Source: Amoebophrya sp. A120
Lineage: Eukaryota > Protista > Dinoflagellata
Assembly (NCBI GenBank): GCA_905178155.1
Contig: CAJINV010000014.1
Location: 1,315,242-1,379,241, forward strand
Length of the DNA stretch: 64,000 nt
Reading direction: 5' to 3'
Shown: positions 61,463 to 64,000 of the stretch, in pieces
How the letters are laid out: each line of letters opens with the position of its first letter
Position numbering within the stretch: position 1 is the stretch's first letter
Program-made: the position numbers and the translations under genes
The notes under the pieces: model-generated
The model's input: only the letters and a program-made list of their open reading frames with translations
Database searches by the model: none
What the model was told of the DNA's origin: nothing

Positions 61463-62148
61463 TCGTGGATTCGGGCGGCCACCACCACCTCTCTTCTTCA
61501 AGCTCTAGTGCTTCATCCATTTTTTATGGTTTAAGGAGAACTTTATCGCCAGAAATGAGCCGCTGAGTTTGATGAGAAGAAGCCTGGAAGTGAAAATGCA
61601 AACTATCGGAGCTTTCCTCTGCCCCAAGAACATACTCGCTGTTCGCGTTCAGTCGGAGCGGTAGCAGATCGATGATAAACATAAAAACCTGGACTCATCT
61701 GCCTGAACTTTATATGCGTGAAGAACAATAGACCGATTCACAGGCCCGACCGATCGTGAAGCGAGGAAACAATGAGAGAAATGTTTAGCGTCTCACTTCT
61801 AGACGACATTGTTCGTACCTTCACTGAGAGGCCCGCTCATGCTGATCCTTAACCTTACCTTCAATTCTAGGAGTTGTGGCTTTCCATCTCCCGAAGCAAT
61901 TGATCCATCAGGACTCTGTAACCCACGTCACACCCGTAGCCTGTCTCTGTGCCCAAGAAAGTTTCACGACTACACGTAGGAAAAAAATAGTCCCCAAACA
62001 AGAAACTCTGACTCACCTGATCCACCCTTCTTTATTCCCATTTTCTAACGACCACCACACGATCTGCTAGAAGCCCTCGCACTAGTTTTCGCCAGTAACT
62101 ACATCTTCACGACTTCCGCCCAAAAGAATCCCCAGGAAAACACACACA

Positions 62149-62838
62149 ATGGGTCGTAACATGAACAAGAAGGCTCCCTGCCAGAAGCAGAAGTTGAACT
62201 GGCGCGTGCCTTCCGAGCGCACGAATTTCTGCCAGCGGTGTGGCGCCAGTCTCGGCGCACAGACCCGGATCAGCGAAATGTGCGCCGATTGTGAGCGGAA
62301 TGTGGGTGCGAAAATGGTACTAGCTGAAGAGGTACAACAGACGATTGACGGCACGACAGCTGCAGGAGTTGCACGACCGTGGTCCTCTTCATCTACTTCT
62401 TGCGAGCAGCACGGCAACACATCTACTACGAAAAAGCGGGACCGGCGCACGGGGGCAAGCAAGAAAACCGCGACCACAAATTCAGGTTTTTCGAAAACCA
62501 CCTTGGCGGGGGCCTGCGACAGCACAACCAGCAGTTGTGCGAACAATTACACCTCCCTCTCCGAGGATTGTTACTCCAGTGGAGTGGACGAGTCTGCGAC
62601 CACTGAGATAAAGAAGAATCCGAATGAAGAGATCAAATCCCGGTTTAGCAAGTGGACAGCCTCGTGGAAAAACAAGAAACCAGCGACGCAAGTGATCATT
62701 CACCCAAATCGAGTAGTAGAGCACCGGGACCTGTTCTCGCCGAACGCGCGAGTTGGCGCCAGTGGTGGTGCTAGTAGTACGACCGACGAGAGAACCGTGT
62801 CCCTGGCAAGTTCAAGAACAAGGCATGGTACGGAATAG
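62149..62838 (+). CDS. Hypothetical 229-aa protein with a CxxC...CxxC motif
   Basis: ATG ORF containing FCQRCGASLGAQTRISEMCADC; the rest is S/T-rich. Confidence 0.45.
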   Translation: MGRNMNKKAPCQKQKLNWRVPSERTNFCQRCGASLGAQTRISEMCADCERNVGAKMVLAEEVQQTIDGTTAAGVARPWSSSSTSCEQHGNTSTTKKRDRRTGASKKTATTNSGFSKTTLAGACDSTTSSCANNYTSLSEDCYSSGVDESATTEIKKNPNEEIKSRFSKWTASWKNKKPATQVIIHPNRVVEHRDLFSPNARVGASGGASSTTDERTVSLASSRTRHGTE

Positions 62839-62937
62839 GTGCAGTTCCATCGTGTTTCGTGTTTTTGCTCTAAAAGGAATTGAAAAACTAACGAAGGAAG
62901 ATCCTAAAGGAAGCTCATTTAAAGCAACAGAAGAGAA

Positions 62938-63268
62938 GAAGGGAGAAGCACCAGACACATAAGAAGGAGGTTGTTGGTCTCCGGTCCTCGGTCCTCACTC
63001 CATCAGGAGGTAATATATGAGGAGAGAAGAAGGGAGAAGCACCAGACACATAAGAAGGAGGTTGTTGGTCTCCGGTCCTCGGTCCTCACTCCATCACGAG
63101 GTAATATATGAGGAGATAAGAAGGGAGAGGCACCAGACACATAAGAAGGAGGTTGTTGGTCTCCGGTCCTCGGTCCTCACTCCATCGCGAGGTAATATAT
63201 GAGGAGATAAGAAGGGAGAAGCACCAGACACATACGAAGGAGGTCGATGCCCCCCGGTCCTCGGGCCT
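62938..63268 (+). repeat. 91-bp tandem repeat, about 3.5 copies
   Basis: Unit gggagaagcaccagacacataagaaggaggttgttggtctccggtcctcgg... starts at 62941, 63032, 63123 and 63214. Confidence 0.95.
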
Positions 63269-63336
63269 CAGTTCACCCGGGGGCAATACGCGGCGAGACA
63301 AGAAGGCAGAAGGGCCAGGCAGGTGCCACCTTGTTG

Positions 63337-64000
63337 GGCGTTTCGCAGTACGGCCCGCGATGCGTCGTGGGCTGTCTCTGCGTGTAGTTCGCTTGTGGGA
63401 GGGGGGTGGCCGGGCCGGCGCTGGCCGGGTGCGTTTCGCAGTGCTGCCAATGCTTTTGCCTTGGCGGCGCCTGCGTGTAATTCGCAGGCGGCAGGGCCGG
63501 GACGACTTTGGGCGCCCGCCCCCTTGGTGCGTTTCGCAGCGCGGCCCGTGATGCGTCGCGGGCTTTGTCTGCGTGTAATTCGCAAGGGGGCATGCGGCCG
63601 CCGCAGGGGCAGGCCGGGTGCGTTTCGCAGTGCTGCCAAGGCTTTTGCTTTCGTGGTGCCTGCGTGTAATTCGCAGGGGGCAGGGCCGGCACGACTTTGG
63701 GCGCCCGCCCCCTTGGTGCGTTTCGCAGTATGGCCCGCGATGCGTCGCGGGCTGTGTCTGCGTGTAATTCGCAAGGGGGCATGGGGCCGCCGTGGCGCGG
63801 GTGCGTTTCGCAGTGCCTCCAAGGCTTTTGCTTTCGCGGCGCCTGCGTGTAATTCGCAGGCGGCAGGGCCGGGACAACTTTGGGCGCCCGCCCCCTTGGT
63901 GCGTTTCGCAGTATGGCCCCCGTGGCGCCGGGGGCCGTGCCTGCGTGTAATCCGCGTGGACGCCGGGCGTCTTTGGTTGGGCCGGCGTGTAATTCGCGGG
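63337..64000 (+). repeat. GC-rich higher-order satellite (~185-190-bp period), running off the window end
   Basis: Alternating gcgtttcgca and gcgtgtaattcgc sub-motifs; ggccgggtgcgtttcgcagtgctgccaa recurs at 63423 and 63612. Confidence 0.9.

Noticed and set aside
62938-63268. CRISPR-like array
   Set aside because: The units are near-identical over their full 91 bp, with no unique spacers and no cas genes, in a eukaryotic context.

Overview
Eukaryotic (protist) genomic DNA. Low-complexity proteins, about 11 genes all on the + strand, and non-canonical introns fit a syndinian dinoflagellate of the Amoebophrya type (inference). The main structure is 12 intron-like insertions from about 7 sequence families with one architecture: 5-bp direct repeat + TAT...terminal inverted repeat...ATA + 5-bp direct repeat. 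Removing each element plus one direct repeat rejoins the flanking ORFs in frame, and 11 of the 12 cannot give a GT/GC-AG junction. Ten of the 12 occur in mixed-family pairs, four pairs 41-45 nt apart and one 57 nt apart. Most families share an internal YTGTNATGC motif. One introner has grown to 4.4 kb by acquiring a 5'-truncated non-LTR retrotransposon (RT plus degenerate RNase H) inside a RING/TRAF zinc-finger gene whose tandem paralogue lacks the insertions. Other genes include a pfkB-family kinase, a GNAT-ankyrin protein, a ~4,700-aa low-complexity protein and a possible NlpC/P60-like protein. Non-coding features include a repeat-rich array with Helitron/Helentron-like ends (28.7-32.6 kb), a three-copy intergenic repeat and satellites at the right end. 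All gene models are manual; there is no transcript evidence.
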